DNA of 64,000 bases from an uncultured Desulfatitalea sp. (GTDB taxonomy: Bacteria > Desulfobacterota > Desulfobacteria > Desulfobacterales > Desulfosarcinaceae): positions 1,984,001 to 2,048,000 of the forward strand of contig CAXXMB010000002.1 in assembly GCA_963668675.2 (NCBI GenBank). The letters run 5' to 3'. Both the position numbers and the translations under genes were made by a program. Of this stretch, positions 21,742-31,542 are shown piece after piece (the stretch's first letter is position 1; every line of letters starts with the position of its first letter). The notes below the pieces were generated by a model. The model worked only from the letters and a program-made list of their open reading frames with translations, was not told the DNA's origin and searched no databases.

Positions 21742-22419
21742 CTAAAATTGATCCATCTGCACCACATCCACCCCTTCGGGGATATCAAAATCAAACAGGT
21801 TGTCTTCCGGATCGATGTTGAACCGGTAATCGCTCAATACGATGCGCGTTTCGTCGCCATAGGCGTTGTGGGTGATGACTTGATCGATCCGATAGGTGTG
21901 TTTGTCGACCGAGAGAACGATGTCGGCCAACTCCTGTTGGGGTTGATGGGGGATCAGTTTCAAGCGGTAGTAAGTGTCATTTTCGGCCGGCTGCTGTTCA
22001 ATGGTGAAGCTTTTGCGGATCAGGCGGATATCGGACAGAAACCCCGCCCCCCGGCCGTGTCCGAAAAAAGCGGGCGCCTTGCCCAGCATCACCTGGTTGT
22101 CGGCCGGACGGTAGATCCACATGGTCTTGCCGTCGGTGATGATGCTTTGGGGTTCTGGAATGGTGTACTCCCAGCGCATCTTGCCCGGACGCTTGACCGT
22201 CAGTCGCCCTTCGGCCGTGTCGGAAATCTGCATCGCCTTTAGCATCGACTCCTGAAAAAAAGAGGCCGAGAAGCCCAAGCCGGCATAACGCTGTTCGACG
22301 CCCTTGAGAATGTGCTCCACTTTGGCTGAACCGCTATCGGCAGGCGTTGCCGCACCCGGCAGCCCACACAAGAGCATGAACGCCACCCCCAGAAACAACC
22401 CCCATTGCAATCGGCCCAT
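21742..22419 (-). CDS. lolA: Outer-membrane lipoprotein chaperone LolA
   Basis: Signal peptide, A.F.Q, KRPGKMRWEY..P, IITDGKTMW.Y, F.F..PEGV. Confidence 0.9.
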   Translation of the reverse strand: MGRLQWGLFLGVAFMLLCGLPGAATPADSGSAKVEHILKGVEQRYAGLGFSASFFQESMLKAMQISDTAEGRLTVKRPGKMRWEYTIPEPQSIITDGKTMWIYRPADNQVMLGKAPAFFGHGRGAGFLSDIRLIRKSFTIEQQPAENDTYYRLKLIPHQPQQELADIVLSVDKHTYRIDQVITHNAYGDETRIVLSDYRFNIDPEDNLFDFDIPEGVDVVQMDQF

Positions 22420-22540
22420 CGCTTTGCCTCCATCGTCGGATCATATTCTGGCAAACGGTTAAAAAGAGTATCATTAGGGAACTTATAGCGTTTTGTAAAT
22501 AGGATTCCCGCAGAAATGCCCGCGACAGCCCACCAAAAGT

Positions 22541-23446
22541 TCAACTGAACATACGAACCAGATCGCTCATCTGTCGATCAGCCGGCTGGTCGGCGGCATC
22601 CAGCGCCAGCTCCGCAGGTTGCTGAAAAAAGAGGGTTTTCCCGTATAGCAACTGGCAAAGGCGGTCGGTCAAACGCATCTGCTCCCGCCACTGCGCAATG
22701 CTGCCGTGGGCGACACGAGCCCCCTGGAGCATCAGCGTCTCCATGTTGCTGGTTTGCCGCAGACGCTCAAAACGTTCGGCTTTGCAAAGCGCCTGAAAAT
22801 AAAAATGTTTTTTGGCAACGAGGAAGGCAAATGGCTCCTCGTCTGGCTCAATCTCCGCCAGGATGGAGGTGAGAAACGCAAAGCTGGCGTCAACATCCTC
22901 TTCTGACCAGTGGAAGCGGGCCAGGAACCGTTCGACAAGAACGATCTGAACAGGGTGCCAGGAGAGACGAAGCTGGCGCAGGCGCGCGCGAATCCGAGGC
23001 AATGCTTCAGGGGCGGCCACCCTTGCCAGCATGGCACCCAGGGGCGAAGTGGGTTGCCAGGTCATGTTCAGCCTCTGAACAAATGCGGTCAAGGCAAAAT
23101 CAGGCACCTGGAACTTAAGGGGTGAAGATTCGCCGGGTACTCGAATAGCGGCCACCACAGCACTCCGGACGAGGGATTGGACCAGGTCGGCTTCTTCCCG
23201 GTCCGAAAAAATATGGTCGCCGAAGCGGCATTCAAAGTCGAGGCGCATGTCGCTGTCGGGGAAAAAAAGCAATTCCAGAAACGAGGCCGCCTCACTGGAG
23301 GTGGCATCGGCCAGAACGGCCGACAGATCGGCCGATCCGAAGGTGGCCTCCAGATGATCGCTGAGCGACGGATCCAACCGGATACCTTCTTGCAGCACCT
23401 GCCGTGCCCACCGGGCCAGCGCCATCAATATCGTTGCATTTGCCAT
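22541..23446 (-). CDS. Hypothetical protein
   Basis: About 300-aa ORF co-directional with both neighbours; no motif recognised. Confidence 0.65.
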   Translation of the reverse strand: MANATILMALARWARQVLQEGIRLDPSLSDHLEATFGSADLSAVLADATSSEAASFLELLFFPDSDMRLDFECRFGDHIFSDREEADLVQSLVRSAVVAAIRVPGESSPLKFQVPDFALTAFVQRLNMTWQPTSPLGAMLARVAAPEALPRIRARLRQLRLSWHPVQIVLVERFLARFHWSEEDVDASFAFLTSILAEIEPDEEPFAFLVAKKHFYFQALCKAERFERLRQTSNMETLMLQGARVAHGSIAQWREQMRLTDRLCQLLYGKTLFFQQPAELALDAADQPADRQMSDLVRMFS

Positions 23447-23521
23447 AATAGGGCAACATAGCAAAAGGGCACCGCTTTGGCCAGACAGGGGGATAGGATG
23501 GCCGAAGACGAGGGAGATCGG

Positions 23522-23839
23522 CTATTTCTGCACAAAGGCCTCGATGGCGCCGAACTGGGTTTTGAGCTTCTCCACGGCTTGTCCGATATCTTCCAGCTTG
23601 TTGTTCATGGCACTCTCCTCGATCGAGGAGGCAACCTCGCTGACCTCGAGCAATCCCAGATTTCCCGACGCGCCTTTGATGGTGTGGGCACAGCGGCGCA
23701 CTGTATCGGCGTCCCCGGCGGCGACGCCCTCCAACAGCTTTTGATAGTCAGCCCCCCCGGACTCGATGAACAGATCGATCAGTTCGCGATACTCCTCTTC
23801 ATCAAGGCCCAATTGCTCTCCAAGCGCCTTAAAGTTCAT
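23522..23839 (-). CDS. Hpt phosphotransfer domain protein
   Basis: AHTIKGASGNLG motif; start overlaps the end of the upstream kinase. Confidence 0.93.
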   Translation of the reverse strand: MNFKALGEQLGLDEEEYRELIDLFIESGGADYQKLLEGVAAGDADTVRRCAHTIKGASGNLGLLEVSEVASSIEESAMNNKLEDIGQAVEKLKTQFGAIEAFVQK

Positions 23840-25895
23840 GGCCTCTCCTCTCGAACACATATTTGGTAATCACATCGAACACCCGCTCCCGATTGATGGG
23901 TTTGGTGACATAGTCGTCCATGCCGGCTTCGATGCACATCTCCCGATCGCCTTTCATGGCATGGGCGGTCATGGCCACGATGGGAACCCGGGTATGCCCC
24001 AGCTTACGCAAGTTCTGGGTGGCCTCTTTGCCATCCATTTCCGGCATCTGAACATCCATGAAGATCATATCGAATTTTTCGGGCGATGCATCGTATTTGT
24101 CAACCGCCTCTTTGCCGTTGCCGGCAACCTCCACTTGATATCCGGCCTTACCAAGCATCATCACGGCCAGTTTCTGGTTCACCGGGTTGTCTTCCGCCAA
24201 TAAAATACTGACCGAATGCTTCATGGCCTCGCGCACCGAATATTGGGTGTGCATTTTTCGAGAGCTCTCCTGAGCATCTTCGCCTTTGGCCCCCTCTCCC
24301 AGAAGACGCCCGATCATCTGCAGCAGACGCTCGCGCCGGACGGGCTTTGCCTGAAAACCATCGAATCCGGCGGCCTCGCATTTGGCTGCATCCCGCTCAA
24401 GGGCCGAAGAGAGGGCAATCAGGACCCGGCTGCATCCCTCTGCGCGAAGCTGTTCGGCTACCGCATAGCCGTTCATGTCGGGCATGTCCAAATCTATCAG
24501 GATCACATCGAAGGGCTTGGCGTCTTTTCGGGCTGCCGCCAGTGTCGGCAGCACCTGCTTGCCGCTGTCGATCCCCGCCGTCTCCATACCGGCCACCGCG
24601 AGCATCTGTTCGAGAATGGCGCGTGTCCCGGAGTGGTCGTCAGCCACCAATACCCGCTTGGCATTCAATATGGCAGGGGTCACCCTTGATGGCGGTTCGC
24701 TCACGACTTTGTGCACCCAGGCCGTGAAATGAAAGGTGCTGCCCTTTCCCGGTTCACTCTCCGCCCAGGTGTCGCCACCCATCATGGTGGCGAGCTGCTT
24801 GCAAATCGACAGCCCGAGCCCCGTGCCGCCATATTTTCGTGATGTCGATCCATCGGCCTGCTGGAACGGCTCGAAAACGGCCGCCACTTTATCAGCGGGG
24901 ATGCCGATGCCGGTGTCACGGATCAGGGCATGCAATAGCACCTTCTCTTCGGTCTCCATGTCCATCTGAAGCGAGATGCTGATCTCGCCCTTCTCGGTAA
25001 ACTTTGGGGCGTTGCCCAACAAATTGGTGATGACCTGCCGAAAACGCAGGGGGTCACCCGAAACCAGTGTGGGAATGGTATCACCGATGCTGCAGATCAG
25101 CTCGACCGGCTTGTTGCCGATCTTGGGCCGCACCAGCTCGCAAACATCGTAGACCAGCAGTTCAGGATCGAAGTCGATGGCTTCGAACTCAAGCTCGCCC
25201 GATTCAATCTTGGAAAAGTCGAGAATATCGTTGATCAGCAGCAGCAGTGCTTCTCCGCTGCGTTTGATCGTGTTGGTGTAGTCGGTTTGAACATCGTCGA
25301 GGTGGGTCTCCAGCAACAGATCGGTAAAACCGATGATGCCGTTCATGGGGGTACGGATCTCATGGCTCATGTTGGCCAGAAACTGGCTCTTGGCGCGGCT
25401 GGCCATTTCGGCCGCCTCCTTGGCGTTTTCCAGCTCATGTTCGTTCTCTTTGCGAACGGTGATATCTTCGACCGTTCCGGTATAGTGTCCGCCCTCATCT
25501 GAGAAGACCGGTGAGGCGTAGACATGAATCCATCGGTTGGTCCCTTTGGCACTCACAATGCGGCAGTCGGCCGAAAAGGTCTGCAGCTCATCGGAGGCCG
25601 ATCGCCACTCCTGGGTGATGCGGTCTCGATCCTCCTCGGCCAGGTAGTCATGCCAGCGGGTGGTCAGGCTCTGGACCAGGTTGAGCCCGAAGATCTCCTG
25701 GTAACGCGTATTGGTATAGAGGCAGTTGCCGCTGGTGTCGACTTCGAATACACCGACATGAATGGTTTCGGAGATCAGGCGGAAGCGCTCTTCGCTCTCC
25801 TTCAATGCCTCTTGCGCCCTGCGCGTCTTCTCCTGTTCCGTTTCGAGCGTCTTTACCCGTTTAACCAGATCGATAATGGTTGCCTTGTTTGCCAT
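23829..25895 (-). CDS. PAS hybrid histidine kinase with two receiver domains
   Basis: [32 protein letters not shown]; two receivers (D.DMP and D.QMP). Confidence 0.95.
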   Translation of the reverse strand: MANKATIIDLVKRVKTLETEQEKTRRAQEALKESEERFRLISETIHVGVFEVDTSGNCLYTNTRYQEIFGLNLVQSLTTRWHDYLAEEDRDRITQEWRSASDELQTFSADCRIVSAKGTNRWIHVYASPVFSDEGGHYTGTVEDITVRKENEHELENAKEAAEMASRAKSQFLANMSHEIRTPMNGIIGFTDLLLETHLDDVQTDYTNTIKRSGEALLLLINDILDFSKIESGELEFEAIDFDPELLVYDVCELVRPKIGNKPVELICSIGDTIPTLVSGDPLRFRQVITNLLGNAPKFTEKGEISISLQMDMETEEKVLLHALIRDTGIGIPADKVAAVFEPFQQADGSTSRKYGGTGLGLSICKQLATMMGGDTWAESEPGKGSTFHFTAWVHKVVSEPPSRVTPAILNAKRVLVADDHSGTRAILEQMLAVAGMETAGIDSGKQVLPTLAAARKDAKPFDVILIDLDMPDMNGYAVAEQLRAEGCSRVLIALSSALERDAAKCEAAGFDGFQAKPVRRERLLQMIGRLLGEGAKGEDAQESSRKMHTQYSVREAMKHSVSILLAEDNPVNQKLAVMMLGKAGYQVEVAGNGKEAVDKYDASPEKFDMIFMDVQMPEMDGKEATQNLRKLGHTRVPIVAMTAHAMKGDREMCIEAGMDDYVTKPINRERVFDVITKYVFERRGHEL

Positions 25896-26214
25896 TGAGA
25901 CGCGATCCTTGCTTGCGTGGTCCTGATAAGTTGACGGCCTCTTTCTATCCTCTTGCATAGATCGACAATATGCCGGCCCTTCAGGCTGCTCTGCCGGGGG
26001 TGGGATCAAAGGGCGGCATTCGTTTCATGCAACCACAGGAGAGAGACCTGGGCAGGTCCCCATATCCCGTCCGGACCGGGCACAACGTATATATCGGTCA
26101 CGGTCCACGCTCACTTTAGGGTTCAAAAGATATTGATTTATTAAACAAAGGGGTCCGTGACAGAAGGGAGCTCATGAAGATCGTCGCGAGACGCAGGGGG
26201 CCGGTAACCAGAGA

Positions 26215-26793
26215 CTATATGTAAGGTGCCATTTTCAGCAACAGTTCATGACGGGGAACTGCGCCGGGAAGCTGCTGTTTCAATTCACCGCCGTCGAAGA
26301 TGAAAAAGGTGGGAACGCTCAAAACACTATACCGGTTGGCCAGGTTGGGGTTGCTTTCGATGTTCAGTTTGCCGACCCTGACTTTCCCTTTGACCTCGGC
26401 AGCCAATTGGTCCACCATCGAGTTGGTGCCGCTGCACACGCTGCACCAGGGTGCCCAGCCATAGAGCAGGACCGGGAGGGGAGAGGCAATGACGGTCTGG
26501 TCGAAATTGGCATCGGTCACCATAACCGGTCTGCCTGTCAGCACCTCCTCGTGCTGCAGGGCGGCACCGCAGCGGCCGCACTTGGCCCCTTGATCTATTT
26601 TTGAGGTCGGTACCCGGTTTTTGGTCCGGCACTGGCCGCAGCGCAGCGTTAACAGTTCATCGGGGGCGTCCCCGGCAGCAGACGCATCCAATGCCTGGTG
26701 GCAGCGGCCGCACTTGGCCTCCTTAGCCGGCTTGTCGGCAGGAATCCGATTTTTTGCGCCGCAATGGCGGCAGGCAACGATTGATGCACTCAT
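26215..26793 (-). CDS. Thioredoxin (TrxC-like) with two N-terminal zinc ribbons
   Basis: Two CxxC..KNR.P......KCGRC units, then a Trx fold with WAPWCSVC and the cis-Pro motif SVPT. Confidence 0.88.
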   Translation of the reverse strand: MSASIVACRHCGAKNRIPADKPAKEAKCGRCHQALDASAAGDAPDELLTLRCGQCRTKNRVPTSKIDQGAKCGRCGAALQHEEVLTGRPVMVTDANFDQTVIASPLPVLLYGWAPWCSVCSGTNSMVDQLAAEVKGKVRVGKLNIESNPNLANRYSVLSVPTFFIFDGGELKQQLPGAVPRHELLLKMAPYI

Positions 26794-26897
26794 GTGCGCT
26801 CCCCATCTGAAGGCAAATATCGGTGCGGACCAGACCGTCGATCCGCGAACGGTATAGTAACAATTTTGACGGCGTTGTAAACAAAGGGTCAATCGGT

Positions 26898-27314
26898 ATG
26901 CACCCCAAGACAGTGTACTTCTTCGATCAGGGCCTCTCTTTCGAATGTCGCCGTTGCGGGACATGCTGCACCGGAGCGTCAGGCACGATCTATGTCGGTC
27001 CGGATGAAATCAGCCCCATTGCAGCACACATCGGTCTCTCCGTTTACGATTTTGCGCAACGCTATCTCTACCCTTACAAAAAGAGCTTCAGTATCAAAGA
27101 GGATTCCCAGGGCAACTGCCTCTTTTTCAACAACGGCTGCGGTATATATCCAGTTCGACCGTTTCAGTGCCGCGCCTTTCCCTTCTGGTTCTGCAACGTA
27201 CGGTCCGAATCGCACTGGCGGGATATCGCAAGGCAATGCCCGGGCATCGGCCATGGAAGGCGCTACTCCCGGGAGGAGATCATCGCCCTGGCCAGAGAGA
27301 CCATGCACATATAG
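26898..27314 (+). CDS. YkgJ family cysteine-cluster protein
   Basis: FECRRCGTCC, C.F...GC.IYPVRP.QCRAFPFW, CPGIG. Confidence 0.9.
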   Translation: MHPKTVYFFDQGLSFECRRCGTCCTGASGTIYVGPDEISPIAAHIGLSVYDFAQRYLYPYKKSFSIKEDSQGNCLFFNNGCGIYPVRPFQCRAFPFWFCNVRSESHWRDIARQCPGIGHGRRYSREEIIALARETMHI

Positions 27315-27527
27315 CCACAGGCCAACATGTCCACCCAGATCTCCGCCCACATGCCCAACAGAGGCTTGGCCGATATTTCTATTTTCAGCGAGAAAAATCT
27401 AAAGAAAAACGTGAAATTGCCGTTAATCACTATGAACGCTTTTGTGACAGGCATTCATCCGACGGTCGTGGTGACGGCCGGCCTGGCGGAGTCAATTTTG
27501 AGATGGTGAATATTTAGGAGGAATTCA

Positions 27528-27908
27528 ATGGCCTACAAAATACTAACGGTTGATGATAGTAAAACCATCCGTATGATCGTTAAAAAAGCCTTCTCACCCT
27601 ACAATTGTGAATTGTTTGAAGGTGAAAACGGCGTAGAGGGCCTGGCAATTGCCAACAAGGAGAAGCCCGACCTGATCATCCTGGACATTACCATGCCGGT
27701 CATGACCGGTATCGAGATGCTGGCCAAACTCAAATCCGAAAAGGATCTGAAAGCGATCCCGGTGATCATGCTCACCGCAGAGTCGGGCAAAGAGAATGTG
27801 ATGAAGATCGTCAAGATGGGCGTACGCGACTACGTGGTCAAGCCCTTCAAGGGCGACCAGCTCCTCGAACGTGCCAAGGCGATCCTCAAGCTGAAGCCCA
27901 AAGATTAA
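27528..27908 (+). CDS. Single-domain response regulator (CheY-like)
   Basis: VDDS, LDITMP, LTAE, VKPF; AGGAGG RBS. Confidence 0.95.
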   Translation: MAYKILTVDDSKTIRMIVKKAFSPYNCELFEGENGVEGLAIANKEKPDLIILDITMPVMTGIEMLAKLKSEKDLKAIPVIMLTAESGKENVMKIVKMGVRDYVVKPFKGDQLLERAKAILKLKPKD

Positions 27909-27974
27909 GGAGCTTCGGAGATTCACCATCCGGAATCAGCCGGACGCATCATCGCACCGCAACTCCTAAAAAAT

Positions 27975-28009
27975 AAAGGCAGCGTGATTTGAGATCACCC
28001 TGCCTTTTT
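27975..28009. terminator. Probable bidirectional rho-independent terminator
   Basis: AAAGGCAG-cGTGAT-ttgag-ATCAC-cCTGCCTTTTT between convergent genes. Confidence 0.7.
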
Positions 28010-28062
28010 CAATCTGTTGAGGCGCTCACGGCGGAATGGGTGCCGCTCCGGGGCCCCCCGGT

Positions 28063-29160
28063 TTACATGGCTGCAGCCAGCTCGTCCGAGCCGATGAGCT
28101 GCTGAAAGCGGGTCGGTTCGGAGAAGTAGAGGTCGATGGCCGGGCGGACACCCAGGTCGTCCACCACCCGAATGCCCTCCCGCAGATAGCGGTACTGCTC
28201 TTGGACATCGCGTTGGTCCAGGGATTCGGTAATCTCCTTCTGCATCGGACCGGACAAAAGACGGTCAAAGATCTCCGGCATCAACCGGGCCACCAGGCCG
28301 CCCACAATGGCCTCTTCTACGGCCATCCACTCGTGGACCACCGCTTCCACCTCTTGAATATTTTTCGGTTTGATCTGCTCCAACTTGCCCCGGATGGCTG
28401 TTTCGGTGGCCGAACGCAAAGCGATGTGCAGCGTCTCCTCGATAGGGGCCACCAGCACATTGACGGGATTCTTGGCGCTGTTCTGCCACAAGGTGTACGG
28501 ATCCCGGATAAATTCGACCTGGCTGTCCTCGCCGAAGGTGAGCCGCGAGGTGTAGGAGCCGATCCTGCCGGTGAAGACGCGGTTGCTCAGCTTGATCTTT
28601 ATTTTTGTCCCGCTCTCCTCCGGTTTGAAAAAGAGATACTCTTCGACATATTCGTCAGCGATGTTGTGAACCAGGTAAGCAGTGACGCCTCTCCCGGGTG
28701 TCTCGCTCTCCAGCGCCACCGGCCCATCGAGGGTTTCGATCTGCAGATAGGGATTGGCCAGTTGGGTGCGATCCAGAGCATAACCTATGGCGCTGCGGCA
28801 GTACCCCTCGAACAGGCGGGCATACTCCTGCCGCCGTTCGGGAACGACCAGAAGCCGCTTGCTCGACCCCGACAGCTTCCAGTTGAGCTTCTCGGCCTCC
28901 AGGCGGCTCTGGATCTGTTCGAGCAGCTCTCTGTTCTGATTGAGATAGGCCAGGTTTTCGCGATTGAGGTGCCGGTCGAATTCACCTTCACTGTCGGACA
29001 GCAGCAGCAGTGGCGCCTCAAGATGATCGCCCTTGAGGAAATACATCAGACGCGAATAATCAACCGGGCTGACATCGGAAGAAGTGGCCCAGACGGGTGC
29101 CGCCCCTATGAGCAGGCCGGCAGAGATAACGGCTAAAGCTTTTGAAAAGAGCTGGTACAT
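28063..29160 (-). CDS. Secreted hypothetical protein
   Basis: Signal peptide (MYQLFSKALAVISAGLLIGAAPVWA) and a GAGGA RBS; contains EETLH...VEE. Confidence 0.75.
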   Translation of the reverse strand: MYQLFSKALAVISAGLLIGAAPVWATSSDVSPVDYSRLMYFLKGDHLEAPLLLLSDSEGEFDRHLNRENLAYLNQNRELLEQIQSRLEAEKLNWKLSGSSKRLLVVPERRQEYARLFEGYCRSAIGYALDRTQLANPYLQIETLDGPVALESETPGRGVTAYLVHNIADEYVEEYLFFKPEESGTKIKIKLSNRVFTGRIGSYTSRLTFGEDSQVEFIRDPYTLWQNSAKNPVNVLVAPIEETLHIALRSATETAIRGKLEQIKPKNIQEVEAVVHEWMAVEEAIVGGLVARLMPEIFDRLLSGPMQKEITESLDQRDVQEQYRYLREGIRVVDDLGVRPAIDLYFSEPTRFQQLIGSDELAAAM

Positions 29161-29582
29161 GTGATCCTCCGCAACTGGGGCTCGATTCGGCCTTACGACA
29201 CAATGCCGGACACCCCGATATGGGAACAGCAAGAAGCAGGCCAAGCCGCCATAAGCCCCAGTGGTGCCAAAAAAAATTTCAACGTACTGACTTTTTAATA
29301 AATATCAATTTAGGCCGCATGCGATGTCACCTTTTCTATCACTGGTGACATGATGGCGTCACAGCACCGTCCGAATTTGCGCTGAAAATTTGACGAAAAA
29401 CGGCAATCGCACCCTGACCCCATATCTTCGCGACAAACGGGCCGACAAAAGTGTCGGCACGGTGCAAATCGCCTCAAAAGAGATATTTACAACCAGCGCC
29501 GGAACGGGTAATGTCCCGGCTGTTTACCGGCCAGACCTCATTTTCCGGTGGATACAAATCGGTAGCTCGAAACAGGTTGCTC

Positions 29583-30725
29583 ATGAATGAACCCTTCATA
29601 AATGCCAAACATCGGGTGTTGCGCCGAACCGTGCGCGCTTTTTGCCTCGAAGAGCTGGGCCCCATCGCCGCGGAGATCGACCAGGAAGCACGTTTTCCCT
29701 GGGAGGTCGTGGAGAAGATGGGGCCATTGGGCTATTTCGGTATCCAGGCACCAAAGGAGCTGGGCGGTGCGGGTCTGGATGCCATGAGCTACGCGATCAT
29801 CATCGAAGAGGTGTCGCGTGTCAGCGGGTCCATCGGGCTCTGCCTGAGTGTCCACAACAGCGTGGCCCTCTACCCGATCCTGGCTTTCGGAACGGCCGAA
29901 CAGCACCAGCGATGGGTTCCCGATCTGGCAAGCGGACGGCGAATCGGCGCCTTCTGCCTGACCGAGCCCAATGTGGGCTCCGATGCCAGCGCCATCTCCG
30001 CAACGGCGCTGCCAACCGAGAATCACTGGCTGGTCAATGCTAACAAAGTCTTTGTCACCAACGGCGGCATTGCCGATGTCTGTTTGATCTTCGCCCGTAC
30101 CGATCCCCAGGCCGGCCGCAGAGGCATCAGCGTGGTCGTGGTCGAAAGGGGGGTCAAAGGCTTTGTGGTGGGTGATCTGGAGGACCTGTGCGGCATGCGC
30201 GCCAATCCGGTCTCCTCGATCCGCCTCTACGACTGCCAGGTGCCCAAAGAGAACCTGCTCGGGAGACTGGGGCAGGGGCTGGCCATCGGACTGGCGGCGC
30301 TGGATACCGGCCGTATCGGCATCGCTGCCCAGGCCCTCGGGATCGCCCAGGCTGCCCTGGACGAAGCGGTCCGCTATGCCAACCAGCGCCAGCAGTTCGG
30401 CGTTCCGCTGGCCCGCCATCAGGCCATCCAGATGATGATTGCCGACATGGCCACCCAGGTGGATGCCGCGCGCATGATGGTCTACCGGGCGGCCATGCTC
30501 AAGGATCAGGGCGCCCCGGTAAGTCGGGCCGCGGCCCAGGCCAAGCTCTTCGCATCCGAGGCCGCCTGCCTGGTGACCGATCTGGCCGTTCAGATCCACG
30601 GCGGCTATGGCTACTCCAAAGCCTACGCGGTCGAGCGCTACTATCGCGACGCGCGGGTGACCCGCATATATGAGGGCACCTCCGAGGTCCATCGTATGGT
30701 GATTGCAAGAGAGGTTTTAGGTTAA
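29583..30725 (+). CDS. Acyl-CoA dehydrogenase (butyryl/short-chain type)
   Basis: GAFCLTEP..GSDA, K.FVTNG, RQQFG, QIHGGYGY, IYEGTSE. Confidence 0.95.
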   Translation: MNEPFINAKHRVLRRTVRAFCLEELGPIAAEIDQEARFPWEVVEKMGPLGYFGIQAPKELGGAGLDAMSYAIIIEEVSRVSGSIGLCLSVHNSVALYPILAFGTAEQHQRWVPDLASGRRIGAFCLTEPNVGSDASAISATALPTENHWLVNANKVFVTNGGIADVCLIFARTDPQAGRRGISVVVVERGVKGFVVGDLEDLCGMRANPVSSIRLYDCQVPKENLLGRLGQGLAIGLAALDTGRIGIAAQALGIAQAALDEAVRYANQRQQFGVPLARHQAIQMMIADMATQVDAARMMVYRAAMLKDQGAPVSRAAAQAKLFASEAACLVTDLAVQIHGGYGYSKAYAVERYYRDARVTRIYEGTSEVHRMVIAREVLG

Positions 30726-30726
30726 A

Positions 30727-31542
30727 ATGTCCCTGCACTGCATTGTCTGCATCAAATCGGTAGTTCGCGAAGCGCCCAAGGGGATTGGGCGGCGGACGCC
30801 GGAGAACAGCGAGCTCAATCCCTACGACCGACCGGCCGTTGAGGCGGCCCTGCGTCTGAAAGAGCTGACCTGCGGCCGGGTCACCGCCCTCTCCATGGGG
30901 CCGGACGTGGGGGCCGAGGCGTTGGCCGAAACCCAGGCCATGGGGGTCGATGAGGCCATTCTGGTCAACGACAAAGCCCTGGCCGGTTCGGACACCCTGG
31001 TGACCTCCAAAGTGCTGGCTGCCGCCGTCCGGCGGGCGGCACCATTCGACCTGGTACTCTTCGGCACCCGCACTTCAGACAGCGACACCGGACAGGTCGG
31101 GCCTCAAACCGCCACGGTGCTTGGCATTCCTTTCCTGGGGGGCGTGAAGGAGATCGATCGACAGCTTGGGCAGAAGCATAAGCAGCAACCAGGGCAGCCG
31201 TCGAAACATTGGGAGATGAAGCGCCAGATGGACGACTGGGAGGAGAGTTGGGTGGTTGCCTTTCCTGCGGCCGTCACCATTCATCCGCGAGCCTTCAAGC
31301 CCCGCCCCATCCCGCTGATCGGTATCGCCCAGGCTCATGATCCACTCGACGTGCAGAGATGGGGGCTGACCGACATAGGTGTGTCGGCAGAAGAGGTGGG
31401 CCTGCACGGATCTCCCACACGGGTGGCTCAATTGGAAAAGCTCAAACGCGGCCGCACCTGCCGGATGCTCGAAGGTGAGCCCCAGGCGCAGGTCGAAGCA
31501 CTGATTGCGCATTTGAAAACCATGGGTGTAATGGCATCATGA
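30727..31542 (+). CDS. etfB: Electron transfer flavoprotein beta subunit
   Basis: IVCIK, NPYD..AVE.AL, SMGP, AGSDT, D.DTGQVG, G..GSPT.V. Confidence 0.93.
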   Translation: MSLHCIVCIKSVVREAPKGIGRRTPENSELNPYDRPAVEAALRLKELTCGRVTALSMGPDVGAEALAETQAMGVDEAILVNDKALAGSDTLVTSKVLAAAVRRAAPFDLVLFGTRTSDSDTGQVGPQTATVLGIPFLGGVKEIDRQLGQKHKQQPGQPSKHWEMKRQMDDWEESWVVAFPAAVTIHPRAFKPRPIPLIGIAQAHDPLDVQRWGLTDIGVSAEEVGLHGSPTRVAQLEKLKRGRTCRMLEGEPQAQVEALIAHLKTMGVMAS

